This document shows positions 9,919 through 20,694 of a DNA stretch of 64,000 nt, one piece after another. The position numbers and the translations under genes are program-made. The notes beneath the pieces were generated by a model. The model did no database searches. It had not been told where the DNA came from and saw only the letters and a list, made by a program, of their open reading frames with translations. The stretch comes from Methanobacteriota archaeon (GTDB lineage: Archaea > Thermoplasmatota > E2 > DHVEG-1): NCBI GenBank assembly GCA_963769885.1, contig CAVYNH010000006.1, positions 96,001 through 160,000 of the forward strand. The letters are read 5' to 3'. Numbering within the stretch: position 1 is the first letter of the stretch; each line of letters starts with the position of its first letter.

Positions 9919-10353
9919 ATGCTCGTAAGAGATATCATGACCAAAGAGGTCGTCACCATCGAAGCCAGTCAGACCGCAAAAGCCGCCTGCGAGATGTACA
10001 AGGACCGCGGCGTCGGCTGCCTCATCGTCACCCAAAACAGCCTCATCATCGGCATCCTCACCGAACGCGACATCATCGAACGCATCATCCTCGGCGAACG
10101 CAACCCCAAGACCACCACCGTCCACGACATCATGTCCACCAACATCAAGACCATCCACGGCTACGCCACCATCGAGACCGCCACCAAAGTCATGAAAGAC
10201 AACCACATCAAAAAACTCCCCGTCATCCTCAACAACAAGATCGTCGGCATCATCACCGCCACCGACATCTCCAACCGTGTTCCCCAATACACGCGCGAGG
10301 TCCAACTCTACGCCACCCAGGATGGCCCCTACCAACTCATCCCCGAACGATAA
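9919..10353 (+). CDS. CBS-domain pair protein
   Basis: VRDIMTKEVVTI, IGILTERDII, HDIMSTNIKTI, KKLPVI...VGIITATDI. Confidence 0.92.
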   Translation: MLVRDIMTKEVVTIEASQTAKAACEMYKDRGVGCLIVTQNSLIIGILTERDIIERIILGERNPKTTTVHDIMSTNIKTIHGYATIETATKVMKDNHIKKLPVILNNKIVGIITATDISNRVPQYTREVQLYATQDGPYQLIPER

Positions 10354-10426
10354 GACACCAAGGAAAAAACGTGGGCTCCACCGCTTCCCTCACCAATATT
10401 ATATGTTGGCGACCCCGCGGCTCTTT

Positions 10427-10981
10427 CTATTTCTGATACTTCCAGTCCCGGTAGTACGCGAACCGACGACTGCGGGAAAATTGGTCCGGCGAGCCATCCG
10501 ACGACAGCGCGTCCCGGATGATGCCTTCGATGTCCCGCAACAAAATAGCGGACTCCTCCGTATCATAGTCCACCGTCATACTCGACCCATCCCGGTACAC
10601 CACGCCCTCCTCCGAGTCGAACGACATGGTCGGGCTCAGCTGCAGGTCCGGGTCGAACCGGTCGATCTCCTCCAGCTGCTTAAGCTGATAACAATCCTCC
10701 GCCATCCCAATCATGGTCCGGTACCGCTGGATCTCCTGCGGGCCCCGCGCGGCCTTGATGCAGTCCTGCAGCGTCGAGACCACCGCCGGCAGCTCCGCTA
10801 TCGACAGGCCCAACAGGACCTCGCGCCAGAACCAGCTGTAGACCTTGCTGCCCCGCGCATTGACATGCTCCGGGGCACGATCCGGATACAGGATCACCCG
10901 GCCGCCCAGCGTCCGATGACGACGACGCCACTCCGACCGCTGACGGTCAAGCTCCCGCTTCTTCGGTGCACTCACTGCCAT
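10427..10981 (-). CDS. Hypothetical protein (184 aa)
   Basis: ATG ORF with protein-like composition that fills the gap, with an AT-rich promoter upstream. No family recognised. Confidence 0.6.
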   Translation of the reverse strand: MAVSAPKKRELDRQRSEWRRRHRTLGGRVILYPDRAPEHVNARGSKVYSWFWREVLLGLSIAELPAVVSTLQDCIKAARGPQEIQRYRTMIGMAEDCYQLKQLEEIDRFDPDLQLSPTMSFDSEEGVVYRDGSSMTVDYDTEESAILLRDIEGIIRDALSSDGSPDQFSRSRRFAYYRDWKYQK

Positions 10982-11197
10982 GCATTCTCACGACACATTA
11001 TTACAAATAGTATAATATAAATATTATGGAATAAATAAAAGACGCCGTCGCGCCGAGAAAAAAACGAGGCCACGGACAACGCGCCAACGCTCCCCGACTT
11101 TTCTTCCCTCAACACCTAAAAAAACCCGCTCAGCCCCTTCCCGAAGCTCGGAACATTTAAATAGATTGCAACAAATAGATAAGTTGGGGAACCTCAT

Positions 11198-13090
11198 ATG
11201 AAGAAACTCCTTTCCTGCTTCCTCTTAGCCATGGTGCTACTCCCGACTGCCGCTGCAGCCGCCACCATCCTTCCCCTACCCTCCACCCACACCCTCACCC
11301 AGACCATCATCTTCCATCCCCCACAGATCACCCAAACCGGCGGCCATAGCACCATCGCCATCGACAACACCAACACCCGCCTCAGCCAACCAGGCGCCCC
11401 AAGCCTCCCCGAACAGCTCCTCACCTACACCTTCCCCCTCGGCACCATTATCACCTCAATTTCCGTCCACTTAGCCGCCGACCAGACCTACCAGCTCCCG
11501 ACAGCCCTCGACTGCCTCGCATCGCCCCTGACCATCGTTGATGACACCGCCCTGTCTGCACCCGTGATGGCCGCAAGCCTCGAAGCCTATCCTCAGCAGC
11601 ACTGGACCTATGACCTGGGCGCCGGCCTCCTCGGAACACAGCACACCCTCTACCTCAATGTCCGTCTCACCCCCGTCCAGTACCACCAGGCGGCCCAGAC
11701 CATCAGCTTCTCCCCCACCGCGTCTGTGACAATCCAGTATCAAGACCCGGTCTCGAATCCCGCTTCCCTCAAAGGGAGCTATGACCTGGTCATCATCGCC
11801 CCTGAGAAGTTCACGGATGCCCTCACGCCCCTTGTCAACCATAAAATCGCCCATGGAGTCTCAACCCTGCTCGTGGCCAGGGAAACAATCTGCAACAATA
11901 CCAACTACTCCCAAGGCCGCGACTGCGCCGAGAAACTCAAACTCTTCATCAAAGACTGCATCGAGCAGTACAACATCTCCAGCGTCCTGCTCGTCGGCGG
12001 CCGCAAGGGCGGCATCCTGAAAGAGAAATGGTGGATGCCCGTCCGCTACAGCCACCTCGACGATGAATCCGATTTCGAGGCAAGCTACCTTTCCGACCTC
12101 TACTTCGCCGACATCTACAAGTACGACAACCAATCGGGAAAAACCTTCGAAGACTGGGACTCCAACGGCAACGGCGTCTTCGCCGAATGGAACAGCAACG
12201 GCAAAGACATCCTCGACATGTACCCCGATATCGCAATCGGCAGGCTCGCCTGCAAAAACCTCCATGAGGTCAAGACCGTCGTCAAGAAGATCATGACCTA
12301 TGAGAACACCACCGCAGGCACAGACTGGTTCAAGACCCTGATCGTCGCCGGCGGCGACAGCTCCCCCTGGGACAAGTGGAACGAAGGCGAAGAGGAGAAC
12401 AAGGTCGCGATCAGCTACCTGCCCGACTTCACCTCCGTCAAGCTGTGGACCTCGGACGGCAGCCTCAACAGCACAGACGACGTCATCACCGCCGCCCGCA
12501 ACGGCAGCGGGTTCCTGTTCTTCGACGGCCACGGCAACCCCTCGCTGTGGGCCACGCATCCCCACAACTCAACAACATGGATCGACGGCCTCTTCTCCTC
12601 GGACATGATCAAACTGCGCAACGGCGACAAGCTGCCCATCATCGTCTGCGGCGCCTGCCATAACGCCCAGTTCAACGTCTCCCTCGGCAACCTCATTAAA
12701 TGCTTCCTGCAGCAGCCGCTCACGTATTTCAAGCACCGGTTCTATTACATGGACTGGATCCCCGAATGCTGGGCCTGGCGGTCCGTCAGCGTCCCCAACG
12801 GCGGCAGCATCGCCTGCCTGGCGTACGCCGGCCTCGACTGGTTCACCGAAGGGGACGGTAACCATGACGGCATCCCGGACTGCGTCCAGCTCTACAGCGG
12901 ATACATGAACTGTAACTTCTTCTATAACTACGGCGTCCGCAACATCACCACGCTCGGGCAGACCGTTGCCCAGGACATCACCGGCTACCTCACGAAATAC
13001 CCCCCCATGGCCTACAAACTCGACTGCAAGACCTGCCAGGAGTTCACCCTCCTCGGCGACCCGACCCTCATGATCGGCGGGTACTCATAA
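11198..13090 (+). CDS. Secreted C25 (gingipain-like) cysteine peptidase with propeptide
   Basis: Signal peptide, PGAPSLP propeptide, VLLVGG, SDLYFADI, PDIAIGRL, catalytic FDGHGN and CGACHN, C-terminal LLGDPTL. Confidence 0.9.
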   Translation: MKKLLSCFLLAMVLLPTAAAAATILPLPSTHTLTQTIIFHPPQITQTGGHSTIAIDNTNTRLSQPGAPSLPEQLLTYTFPLGTIITSISVHLAADQTYQLPTALDCLASPLTIVDDTALSAPVMAASLEAYPQQHWTYDLGAGLLGTQHTLYLNVRLTPVQYHQAAQTISFSPTASVTIQYQDPVSNPASLKGSYDLVIIAPEKFTDALTPLVNHKIAHGVSTLLVARETICNNTNYSQGRDCAEKLKLFIKDCIEQYNISSVLLVGGRKGGILKEKWWMPVRYSHLDDESDFEASYLSDLYFADIYKYDNQSGKTFEDWDSNGNGVFAEWNSNGKDILDMYPDIAIGRLACKNLHEVKTVVKKIMTYENTTAGTDWFKTLIVAGGDSSPWDKWNEGEEENKVAISYLPDFTSVKLWTSDGSLNSTDDVITAARNGSGFLFFDGHGNPSLWATHPHNSTTWIDGLFSSDMIKLRNGDKLPIIVCGACHNAQFNVSLGNLIKCFLQQPLTYFKHRFYYMDWIPECWAWRSVSVPNGGSIACLAYAGLDWFTEGDGNHDGIPDCVQLYSGYMNCNFFYNYGVRNITTLGQTVAQDITGYLTKYPPMAYKLDCKTCQEFTLLGDPTLMIGGYS

Positions 13091-13126
13091 GAAAAGAAAA
13101 GGAACGAAAGCAAAAGGTGAACCGTA

Positions 13127-15406
13127 ATGCCCATCAAAAAAACCCTATGTTTTAGCCTCGGCACGCTACTGCTCGCCAGCGCGCTCATCGTCCCCAGCGC
13201 CCTCGCAAACCAAAATAGTCTCTATGTCGATGACCTCGTACGCATCCCCATCACCAACGGGTTGCCCACCCTCCCGCGAGGCGTGGAGATCGCCGGCGGC
13301 GTCACAGGACAGGCCGTCGACATCATCATCCCCGCCTACCGCGAAGGCGAACTCACCGCCCTCGGCCTCACCTACAGCATCCTGGTCCACGACATCGACG
13401 CCTACAGCGCCGGCTACCGCGGCCAGTACCACAGCCTCGCCCAGATGGAGACGTTCCTGCAGACCACGGCCAGCGCCTACTCCAACATCTGCCAGCTCAC
13501 CAGCCTCGGAAAAACCTACCTCAACCGCGACATCTGGTGCCTAGAGATCTCCGACCACCCTGGCGTCGAGGAAGGAGAACTCGCCGTCGCGTTCATCGGC
13601 GTCCACCACGCCAGAGAATGGCCCGGCATGGAGATCACCCTCAACCTCATCAACCTCCTCACCAGCGGATACGCCTCCAACACCACAATCCAGAACCTCG
13701 TCAACAACCGCCGCATCTTCATCGTCCCCTGCATGAACGCCGACGGCTACTACCACAGCCACGACCAAAGCGTCGACTGGCGTAAGAACATGCACTACTT
13801 CCCCCAATACAGTAGCACCGGCGTCGACCTCAACCGCAACTACGCCGGCTCCTGCAACGGCGTCGGCCTCGGCGAATGGGGCACCGTCTACCAAGACGCC
13901 GCCAGCCACCACGCCCCTGAAGAAGTCTACTGCGGACCCGGCCCCAACTCAGAGCTCGAAGTCCAAGCCATCGAAAGCCTCTTCACCGCCCACAACATCT
14001 GCGCCGCCATCAGCTGGCACACCTATGAAGAACTCGTCCTCTGGCCCTACGGCTACGCCAACACCCAGACCCCGGACAATACCTACCTCGTCCAGGTCGG
14101 CCAACAGATCGCCGCCCGCATCCACAAACAGTCCGGCGGCGGCACCTACACCCCCCAGCAGAGCGTCGGCCTCTACCCGACCACCGGAGACATGCTCGAC
14201 TGGCTCTACGGCTACTCCTACTACGAACTCGGCCACTCCTGCTTCTGCTACACCATCGAAGCCTGCAGCTCCTTCCAACCTTCCCAAAGCTACCTCGACC
14301 AGATCTGCGCCGAGAACGCCCGCGGCGGCTTTTATCTTCTCACTGAAGCCCAGAACATCAGCCAGATCGCCCAACACCCCACCCGACCCACCATCACCCC
14401 CATACCCGTCAACGACACCGGCACCTACACCCTTCACTGGCAGGTCGCCAACCCCACCTGCAACCCCGACCAATACGAGCTCGACGAGCTCACCGGCCTA
14501 AGCCTGACCACCGACGGCGCCGAGACCGGCATGACCAACTGGGCCAGCAGCGGCTTCACCGTCTCCACCCAGCACGCCCACTCCGGCACCAGCAGCTTCA
14601 AAGGAAACCCCGCCAACGACCAGACCTCCACCCTCACCTCCGCCACCCCCATCCCCGTCACCCCCGGCATGACCCTGGACTACTGGACCTACTTCAACAC
14701 CGAACAATACTTCGACTACGGCTTCGCCGAGGCCAGCATCGACGGCCGCGTCTACGACGTCCTCGGCAACTTCACCGGCACCGGCACCACCTGGACCGAG
14801 CACCAAGCAGACCTCAGCGCATACGTCGGCAAATCCGTGTTCCTCCGCTTCCGCTACGTCACCGACAGCAGCACCGCCGGCGAAGGCTTCTACGTCGACG
14901 ACATCACCCCCGTCGCCACCTTCGCCCAGAACACCACCCTCTCCAACACCCTCACCGCCCCGCAGTACACCTGCCACGACCGGCCCAACGGCACTTACTA
15001 CTACCGCGCCAGGGCCCACACCGCCGCCCGCGGCTGGGGCGACTTCTCCACGATCCAGACCGTGACCGTCGCCATCACCCACCACGGCAACGACACCACC
15101 CCACCGACCGTCAACATCACCAGCCCCACCTCCCGCTACCTCTACTTATTCAACCACCCCATCTGCCCGTTCTTCACCACCCTGATTATCGGAAAGATTA
15201 CGGTCAGCGCGGCGGCCACAGATGATGTCGGCATCGCCCAAGTCGACTTCTACGTCGACGACGTCCTGATGTACACCGACATCACACAGCCCTACAGCTG
15301 GGACTGGACCAACCACACCACCGGTAAACACACCCTCAAAGTCGTCGCCACCGACACCTCCGACAACACCGCCGAACAAGATCTCACCGTCCGCAAGTTC
15401 CTCTAA
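13127..15406 (+). CDS. Secreted M14 zinc carboxypeptidase with beta-sandwich accessory domains and C-terminal Ig-like module
   Basis: HHAREW, WRKN, GVDLNRNY, ISWHTY, YTIE motifs. Confidence 0.92.
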   Translation: MPIKKTLCFSLGTLLLASALIVPSALANQNSLYVDDLVRIPITNGLPTLPRGVEIAGGVTGQAVDIIIPAYREGELTALGLTYSILVHDIDAYSAGYRGQYHSLAQMETFLQTTASAYSNICQLTSLGKTYLNRDIWCLEISDHPGVEEGELAVAFIGVHHAREWPGMEITLNLINLLTSGYASNTTIQNLVNNRRIFIVPCMNADGYYHSHDQSVDWRKNMHYFPQYSSTGVDLNRNYAGSCNGVGLGEWGTVYQDAASHHAPEEVYCGPGPNSELEVQAIESLFTAHNICAAISWHTYEELVLWPYGYANTQTPDNTYLVQVGQQIAARIHKQSGGGTYTPQQSVGLYPTTGDMLDWLYGYSYYELGHSCFCYTIEACSSFQPSQSYLDQICAENARGGFYLLTEAQNISQIAQHPTRPTITPIPVNDTGTYTLHWQVANPTCNPDQYELDELTGLSLTTDGAETGMTNWASSGFTVSTQHAHSGTSSFKGNPANDQTSTLTSATPIPVTPGMTLDYWTYFNTEQYFDYGFAEASIDGRVYDVLGNFTGTGTTWTEHQADLSAYVGKSVFLRFRYVTDSSTAGEGFYVDDITPVATFAQNTTLSNTLTAPQYTCHDRPNGTYYYRARAHTAARGWGDFSTIQTVTVAITHHGNDTTPPTVNITSPTSRYLYLFNHPICPFFTTLIIGKITVSAAATDDVGIAQVDFYVDDVLMYTDITQPYSWDWTNHTTGKHTLKVVATDTSDNTAEQDLTVRKFL

Positions 15407-15426
15407 AACGGACGACCTCCCCTCTC

Positions 15427-15442
15427 TTTTTTTCTCCTTTTT
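15427..15442 (+). terminator. Oligo-T tracts after the M14 gene, possible archaeal terminator
   Basis: TTTTTTTCTCCTTTTT about 20 nt after the stop codon. Confidence 0.4.
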
Positions 15443-15503
15443 AAGCTTCGAGCAAGATTTTAAATAGACTCTCAGCCTACTTTCCTCCATAGGGGGAAAC
15501 ACG

Positions 15504-17370
15504 TTGAAAAAATGCCTTTCGCTACTCATCATCGGAGGCCTTCTCTTCACCGGACTCGGCGCAAGTCAACCCGCGTCTACGACCGCGCCACTACTCACCC
15601 AGACTATGACTGTCTCATTCTCCCCACCACGGTTTCTTGACACGAACAGCGCACTCAACATTATCCTGCCCGAGGCAACCTCGTATACAAAGACACCTGG
15701 GCAGCCGATGCTCCCGGTCGTCACCCAAGTCTTCACCCTCCCCTTCCGCACCCAGGTCACCTCTGTCTCCGTCAGCTTCTCCCAACCCCACCAGTACCTC
15801 CCTAGAGATGCCCCTTGCCGCCGCAATGTCGCCCCTTACTGACACCCCCGAACCAATTTCCACGACAGACTCGACCAGCAGCTACTCCACGCCAAGCTTC
15901 AGCTCCCACGTCGCTGCCGGGCGCAGCGGCGATTCGCTCGCGACCTATCTCGCCGTGAACCTCCGGCCTGTCGGCGTCGACCCCGCAGCCATGACCGCCA
16001 TCTATGCCGGGCAGGCGACCATCACGTTCGATTATGTCCTGCCGCAGCCGATGCCCGCTCCACGTGAAAACTACACGCTCGTGGTCATCGCCCCACAAAA
16101 ATTTATCTCGGCCCTCCAGCCGCTCATCACTCACAAGACCGCCAACGGAATAACATCGCGGCTCGTCGCCCGCGAGGACGTCTGCAACGGCACCATCTTC
16201 CCCGCCGTCGGCCGTGACTGCGCTGAGAGAATCAAGTATTTCATCAAAGACGCCATCGAACAGTGGAACACCTCCTACGTCCTGCTCGTCGGCGGCCGCA
16301 AAGGCGGCATCCAGAAAGAGACCTGGTGGATGCCCCCACGGTACTCGCACCTCAACGACGGTGGTGAAGCAACCTACCTGACCGACCTGTACTTCGAGGA
16401 TATCTACACCCCGAACGGCAGCTTCTCCAGCTGGGACAGCAACGGCAACGGCGTCTTCGCGGAATGGACCAACACCAGCAAGGACATCCTTGATATGTAC
16501 CCAGACGTCTATGTGAGCCGGCTGCCGTGCACCTCCGTAGCCCAAGTGAAGACCATCGTTAAGAAGATCACAACCTATGAAACCAAGACCGCGGGGTCGG
16601 ACTGGTTCCATACGTTCATCGGCGTCGCCGGCGACACCTACCCTGAGAACGATACCTACTACGAAGGCGAGATGGCGACCAACATGTCCTACAGCTTCCT
16701 GAAGCCGCTGGGGTTCACCCCCGTCTTCCTGTGGACGTCGCTAGGGACCTTGACCGATAAGCAGGATATCATCGCCGCGATGAACCAGGGTGCGGGGTTC
16801 GTGCACTTCTCCGGACATGGCAACCCCTCGGTCTGGAGCACGCATGCGCCGCACAACAAGACGTTCATTGATGGTCCCACAACGTTTGACATGCACAAGC
16901 TGCGGAACGGGGCGAAGCTGCCGGTGGTCATCGTCGGCGGCTGCCACAACGCCCAGTACAACACGAACCTCTGCAACATCATCCTTGGCGTTCTTCATGA
17001 TGGCCTGCATTATTTTGCTTGGAAGAAGCCGATCGGCCGGTTCTGGTACAACGAGTGGGTGCCGCGGTGCTGGGCATGGAGCATGGCGGTGCAGCCCCAG
17101 GGCGGCTGCATCGGCATCATCGCCAACACCGGGCTGGGGTACGGGCAGCCTGGGTCTCAGACGCTGAATATGTCTGGTCGGTTCCTGGAATGGCTGTTCT
17201 TCAAGAGCTATGCGGAGGGGAATACGCATCTCGGGGCGACTCATGGTGTCGAGCTCATGGAGTACATGAATGAGTATCCGCCCATGGAGAATCAGATGGA
17301 CTGCAAGATCATCCAGGAATGGGGGCTGCTGGGGGATCCGAGCCTGCAGATCGGTGGGTTCTCGTCGTAG
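15504..17370 (+). pseudogene. Second C25 gingipain-like peptidase with a +1 frameshift near 15800 (pseudogene or sequencing error)
   Basis: ORF 15504-15842 has the signal peptide and propeptide. ORF 15637-17370 has the catalytic domain (FSGHGN, VGGCHN, LLGDPSL). Removing one C at 15797-15802 gives a 621-aa protein collinear with the paralog at 11198. Confidence 0.8.
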
Positions 17371-17419
17371 ACCATTTCCTGAAGAAATATTTATATACTC
17401 TCCAGGATTAATTTACGTT

Positions 17420-18730
17420 ATGCGTCGCCTGGGACGGCTTGGGACATTGATGCTCTGCATTTTCTGCATGGTGCTTCTCCTTTGTCCGATGGCCGTTTCC
17501 AGATCCGTGCCTTGTGATGGTGCTGCCGTTCCTGTGAGTGTAGGGGATGCCCACTCGCTTATTGGGCGGATCACGCCTGAGCTTTTGCATGAGTATCTTG
17601 GGCGCCTGTGCGCGTTCGGCCCTCGGTATACGGGGACGGTGACCTGCGGGGTCGCCAGCGAGTATATCTATGATGCGTTCGCGGCGTTGGGTTTGGCAGT
17701 TGAGTACCATCCATGGGAGTATGATAGGATCATTGGTCGGGATGTGGTCGCGACGCTTCCTGGTATCCTGCCGGATAGTGATGGGGTGTACATCGTCTGC
17801 GGCCATTACGATACCGTGTTGGTGTCGCCGGGGGCGGATGATGACGGCTCGGGCGCGATGGCGGTGCTGGCGATCGCGACGGCGTTGAAGGACCAGCGGT
17901 TGAACCATACGGTGAAGTTCATCACGTTTGCGGGGGAGGAGCGGGGGACGTACGGGAGTTTCACGTATGCGCGTGAGGCTGCGGCGCGGGGGGACAATAT
18001 CCTCGCCGTGTTGAATATGGATATGGTTGGGTACGCGAACACGACTGCAGGGGGTCGGGTGCTGCGGTTTTATCCGCCGGACCGGGCCGTGTGGATCGGA
18101 CAGTATGCGACGGAGATCTGTCGGAAGTACCATGATGTCGTGGATTTGTCGATTGAGATTCGGCCGAACTATCGGGGGAATGATGCGCAGTCGTTTCTTG
18201 ACTACGGGTACGATGGTGTGTGGATTGCGCATGCGGATGGGTACCCGTGGGGGCATTCGCAGTACGATAACCTGTCGCACATCAACTGGTCATATTATAC
18301 GAAAGTGGCGCGGTTCATGTGTGCGTTGACCTGGGAGATCGGGATGCGGCCGGTGCCGGTGCAGGTGCATCTGACGGCGCCGGATGAGGGCCGGGTGTAT
18401 GTGTTGAACCGGTCGTTGTTCCGGGCGGATTTCGGGAAGGAGTGGACGACTGGGCTGCGGGGGACGACGATCATCTTTGGGCATCGGGTGGTGGCACGTG
18501 CCGAGGTGATTAGTAGCGAACCGGTGCAGAATGTGGTGTTCTGCATCGACGGGGATTTCATGAGGTGGGAGTCGTCGCCGCCGTATGCGTGGACGATCTT
18601 GGGGTGGATGGCCCCGCTCTTTGGGCGTCACACGCTGCGGGTGATTGCGTACACGACGGCTGGGCATACCGCTGAGGATGAGATGGATTTGATAGTGTTC
18701 AGTCTTAAGGATTCGTTCAGCCGTTGGTGA
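17420..18730 (+). CDS. Secreted M28 family metallopeptidase with C-terminal Ig-like module
   Basis: CGHYDT, PGADDDGSG, FAGEERG, LNMDMVG, distal His. ATG at 17420 lies about 25 nt after TTTATATA. Confidence 0.9.
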   Translation: MRRLGRLGTLMLCIFCMVLLLCPMAVSRSVPCDGAAVPVSVGDAHSLIGRITPELLHEYLGRLCAFGPRYTGTVTCGVASEYIYDAFAALGLAVEYHPWEYDRIIGRDVVATLPGILPDSDGVYIVCGHYDTVLVSPGADDDGSGAMAVLAIATALKDQRLNHTVKFITFAGEERGTYGSFTYAREAAARGDNILAVLNMDMVGYANTTAGGRVLRFYPPDRAVWIGQYATEICRKYHDVVDLSIEIRPNYRGNDAQSFLDYGYDGVWIAHADGYPWGHSQYDNLSHINWSYYTKVARFMCALTWEIGMRPVPVQVHLTAPDEGRVYVLNRSLFRADFGKEWTTGLRGTTIIFGHRVVARAEVISSEPVQNVVFCIDGDFMRWESSPPYAWTILGWMAPLFGRHTLRVIAYTTAGHTAEDEMDLIVFSLKDSFSRW

Positions 18731-18744
18731 ATGGGGGAAGAGGA

Positions 18745-19431
18745 GTGACGATACGTAGGATGCGCTGTGTTGCTGTTTTCTGTCTTGTGGTGGTTGGGTT
18801 TGGCTGGGTGCCGGCCCATGGGTCTGCGGGCGGGTCGCGGGTGGTGTTGGTGACGGGGTTTGAGCCGTTTGGGAACTACTTGGTGAACCCGTCGGGGTTG
18901 ATCGCGGAGGCGTTGAATGGAACCGTGATTGGGAATGCCACCATCGTTGGGGTGGTGTTGCCGGTGAATTTCACGACGGCGGTGGAGGCGGTGGACGCGG
19001 CGATCGATGTGTATCGTCCGGTGGTGGTGGTGAGTGTGGGGTTGAATGCGCGGGTGCATCGGTTGGCGGTGGAGCATTGGGGGGTGAATCTGATGCGGCT
19101 GCCGCGGGGGAGCGCGGTCGTGCGGTTGCGGCGTCTGGTGGTGGGTGGGCCGTGGGTGCGTCCGGTGTCGGTGCCGGTCTCGGAGTGTGTTCGTTCTTTG
19201 CGGGGGGTGGGTGTGCCGGTGCGGGGGAGTTGGTGGGCGGGGACGTATGTGTGTAATGCGGTGTTGTATGGGGAGCTTGGGCATGTTGCTGCGGTGGGGT
19301 TGGGGGCGGTGGTGGGGTTTGTGCATGTGCCGCTGCTGGATTCGCAGGATCCTGGTGGGCTGCCGCTTGCGGTCGAGGTTGAGGGGATCCGTGGTGTGGT
19401 GTCGTGCTGTCTGGGGTCGGTCGCGGGCTGA
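18745..19431 (+). CDS. pcp: Pyroglutamyl-peptidase I (C15) with N-terminal signal-like segment
   Basis: VLVTGFEPFG...NPS, VEHWGVN (Glu), AGTYVCNAVLY (Cys), GFVHVP (His). Confidence 0.88.
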   Translation: MTIRRMRCVAVFCLVVVGFGWVPAHGSAGGSRVVLVTGFEPFGNYLVNPSGLIAEALNGTVIGNATIVGVVLPVNFTTAVEAVDAAIDVYRPVVVVSVGLNARVHRLAVEHWGVNLMRLPRGSAVVRLRRLVVGGPWVRPVSVPVSECVRSLRGVGVPVRGSWWAGTYVCNAVLYGELGHVAAVGLGAVVGFVHVPLLDSQDPGGLPLAVEVEGIRGVVSCCLGSVAG

Positions 19432-19489
19432 TTTGTGATCGTTGGTTGTTGAAAATATTTATAAGGGTTTGTGTGCTGTTTGGGTGTGG

Positions 19490-19750
19490 ATGCGTGACAT
19501 TACCAAGGCGCAGCTGACGGTGGGTCTGCTGGCGCTGTTTACGACGCTGTGGGGGTTGGTGTTGGGGACCAGTAACCTGGTGACTGCCGTGGAGATGGTG
19601 GCGTTGCAGGCGGTGGTGCTGCTGGTGTTGAGTTATACGTTAATCGCGTTGTTGGAGTGGGTGGGGGTGTTTGATCTGCGGACGAACGCGGTGATGGTGT
19701 TGGTGGTGTTGGTGACGTTCCGGATCTTGTCGACGGTGCGGCTGCTGTAA
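19490..19750 (+). CDS. Small membrane protein (about 3 TM)
   Basis: Hydrophobic 86-aa ORF with TTTATAAG about 25 nt upstream of the ATG. Confidence 0.65.
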   Translation: MRDITKAQLTVGLLALFTTLWGLVLGTSNLVTAVEMVALQAVVLLVLSYTLIALLEWVGVFDLRTNAVMVLVVLVTFRILSTVRLL

Positions 19751-19770
19751 AAAGAATTTCGGTTGGTGGG

Positions 19771-20694
19771 TTAGGTGTCGGTGGGTTTTTGCGGTTTTGT
19801 TTTGATGATGTGGATGGCGCCGGTGTAGTCGCCGGCTGGTGAGAGGAGGGGGGCGGCGAGGACTTCGAGGGTGTGGCCGTCGTTGGGGGCGGGGAAGGTC
19901 TCGCGTTGGGGTTGTTTGGTGGCTTTCATGGCGGGGCAGAGGCAGTGTTCTGGTGGTCGGGTGGTGTGGTGGATGAGTTGGTAGCATTTTTTGCCGATGC
20001 AGGTGTCGGGGGTGAGGTTGAGGTAGGCGGTGAAGGCGGTGTTGATGCGGGTGAGGTTTTGGTCGGTGTCGATGAGGAAGATGAGGTCGGTGAGGTGGTC
20101 GACGGTGGTCTGCCAGAGGGTGGTGGCGGTGTGGAGCTGGCGGTGGAGGTCGTCGTGGGTGGTGGTGTTAGAGAGGATGATGGCGACGCCGGGCTGGCCG
20201 TCGTCGAAGGTGGTGGGGAGGGCGCGGATCTGGAGGGTGTAGTGGCGGTTGTGGTGGGTGTAGTCGGTGCTCAGTTGGGTTTCTTTGCCGTTGAGTGCGG
20301 TTTGGGCGCTGGTGGCGAGGTTGGGGAGGTTGAGGATGGTGCTGGAGAGGGTGGTGATGGTGGTGCCGAGGAGCTCGGGTTTGGTGACGCCCAGGAGTGT
20401 GAGGAGGGTGGCGTTGGTTTGGATGATTCTGAGGTCTTTGTTGAGGAGGAGGATGCCGTCGGGGTTGACGTCGATGAGGTTGGCGAGGGGGAGGCGGGTG
20501 CTTGGGAAGTAGACCTTGGCGGGGCCGAAGGTGAGCATGTCGACGTGGCCGGTGATGAGGAGGATGTCGAGGTATTTGGCGATGCTGTTGCGGTTGGTTT
20601 TGGTTTCTCTGGCGATGTCGGTGACGGTCATGCCCTTGGGGTGGGCTTTCAGGATGGCGATGATGGCTTGGAGCTCGTCTTGGTAGTCGTCCAC
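19771..20694 (-). CDS. Winged-HTH plus two PAS domains, one-component regulator
   Basis: HPKGMTVTDIARETKTNRNSIAKYLDIL HTH, PDGILLLNKDLRIIQTN and DLIFLIDTDQNLTRIN PAS starts. Confidence 0.85.
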   Translation of the reverse strand: MDDYQDELQAIIAILKAHPKGMTVTDIARETKTNRNSIAKYLDILLITGHVDMLTFGPAKVYFPSTRLPLANLIDVNPDGILLLNKDLRIIQTNATLLTLLGVTKPELLGTTITTLSSTILNLPNLATSAQTALNGKETQLSTDYTHHNRHYTLQIRALPTTFDDGQPGVAIILSNTTTHDDLHRQLHTATTLWQTTVDHLTDLIFLIDTDQNLTRINTAFTAYLNLTPDTCIGKKCYQLIHHTTRPPEHCLCPAMKATKQPQRETFPAPNDGHTLEVLAAPLLSPAGDYTGAIHIIKTKPQKPTDT

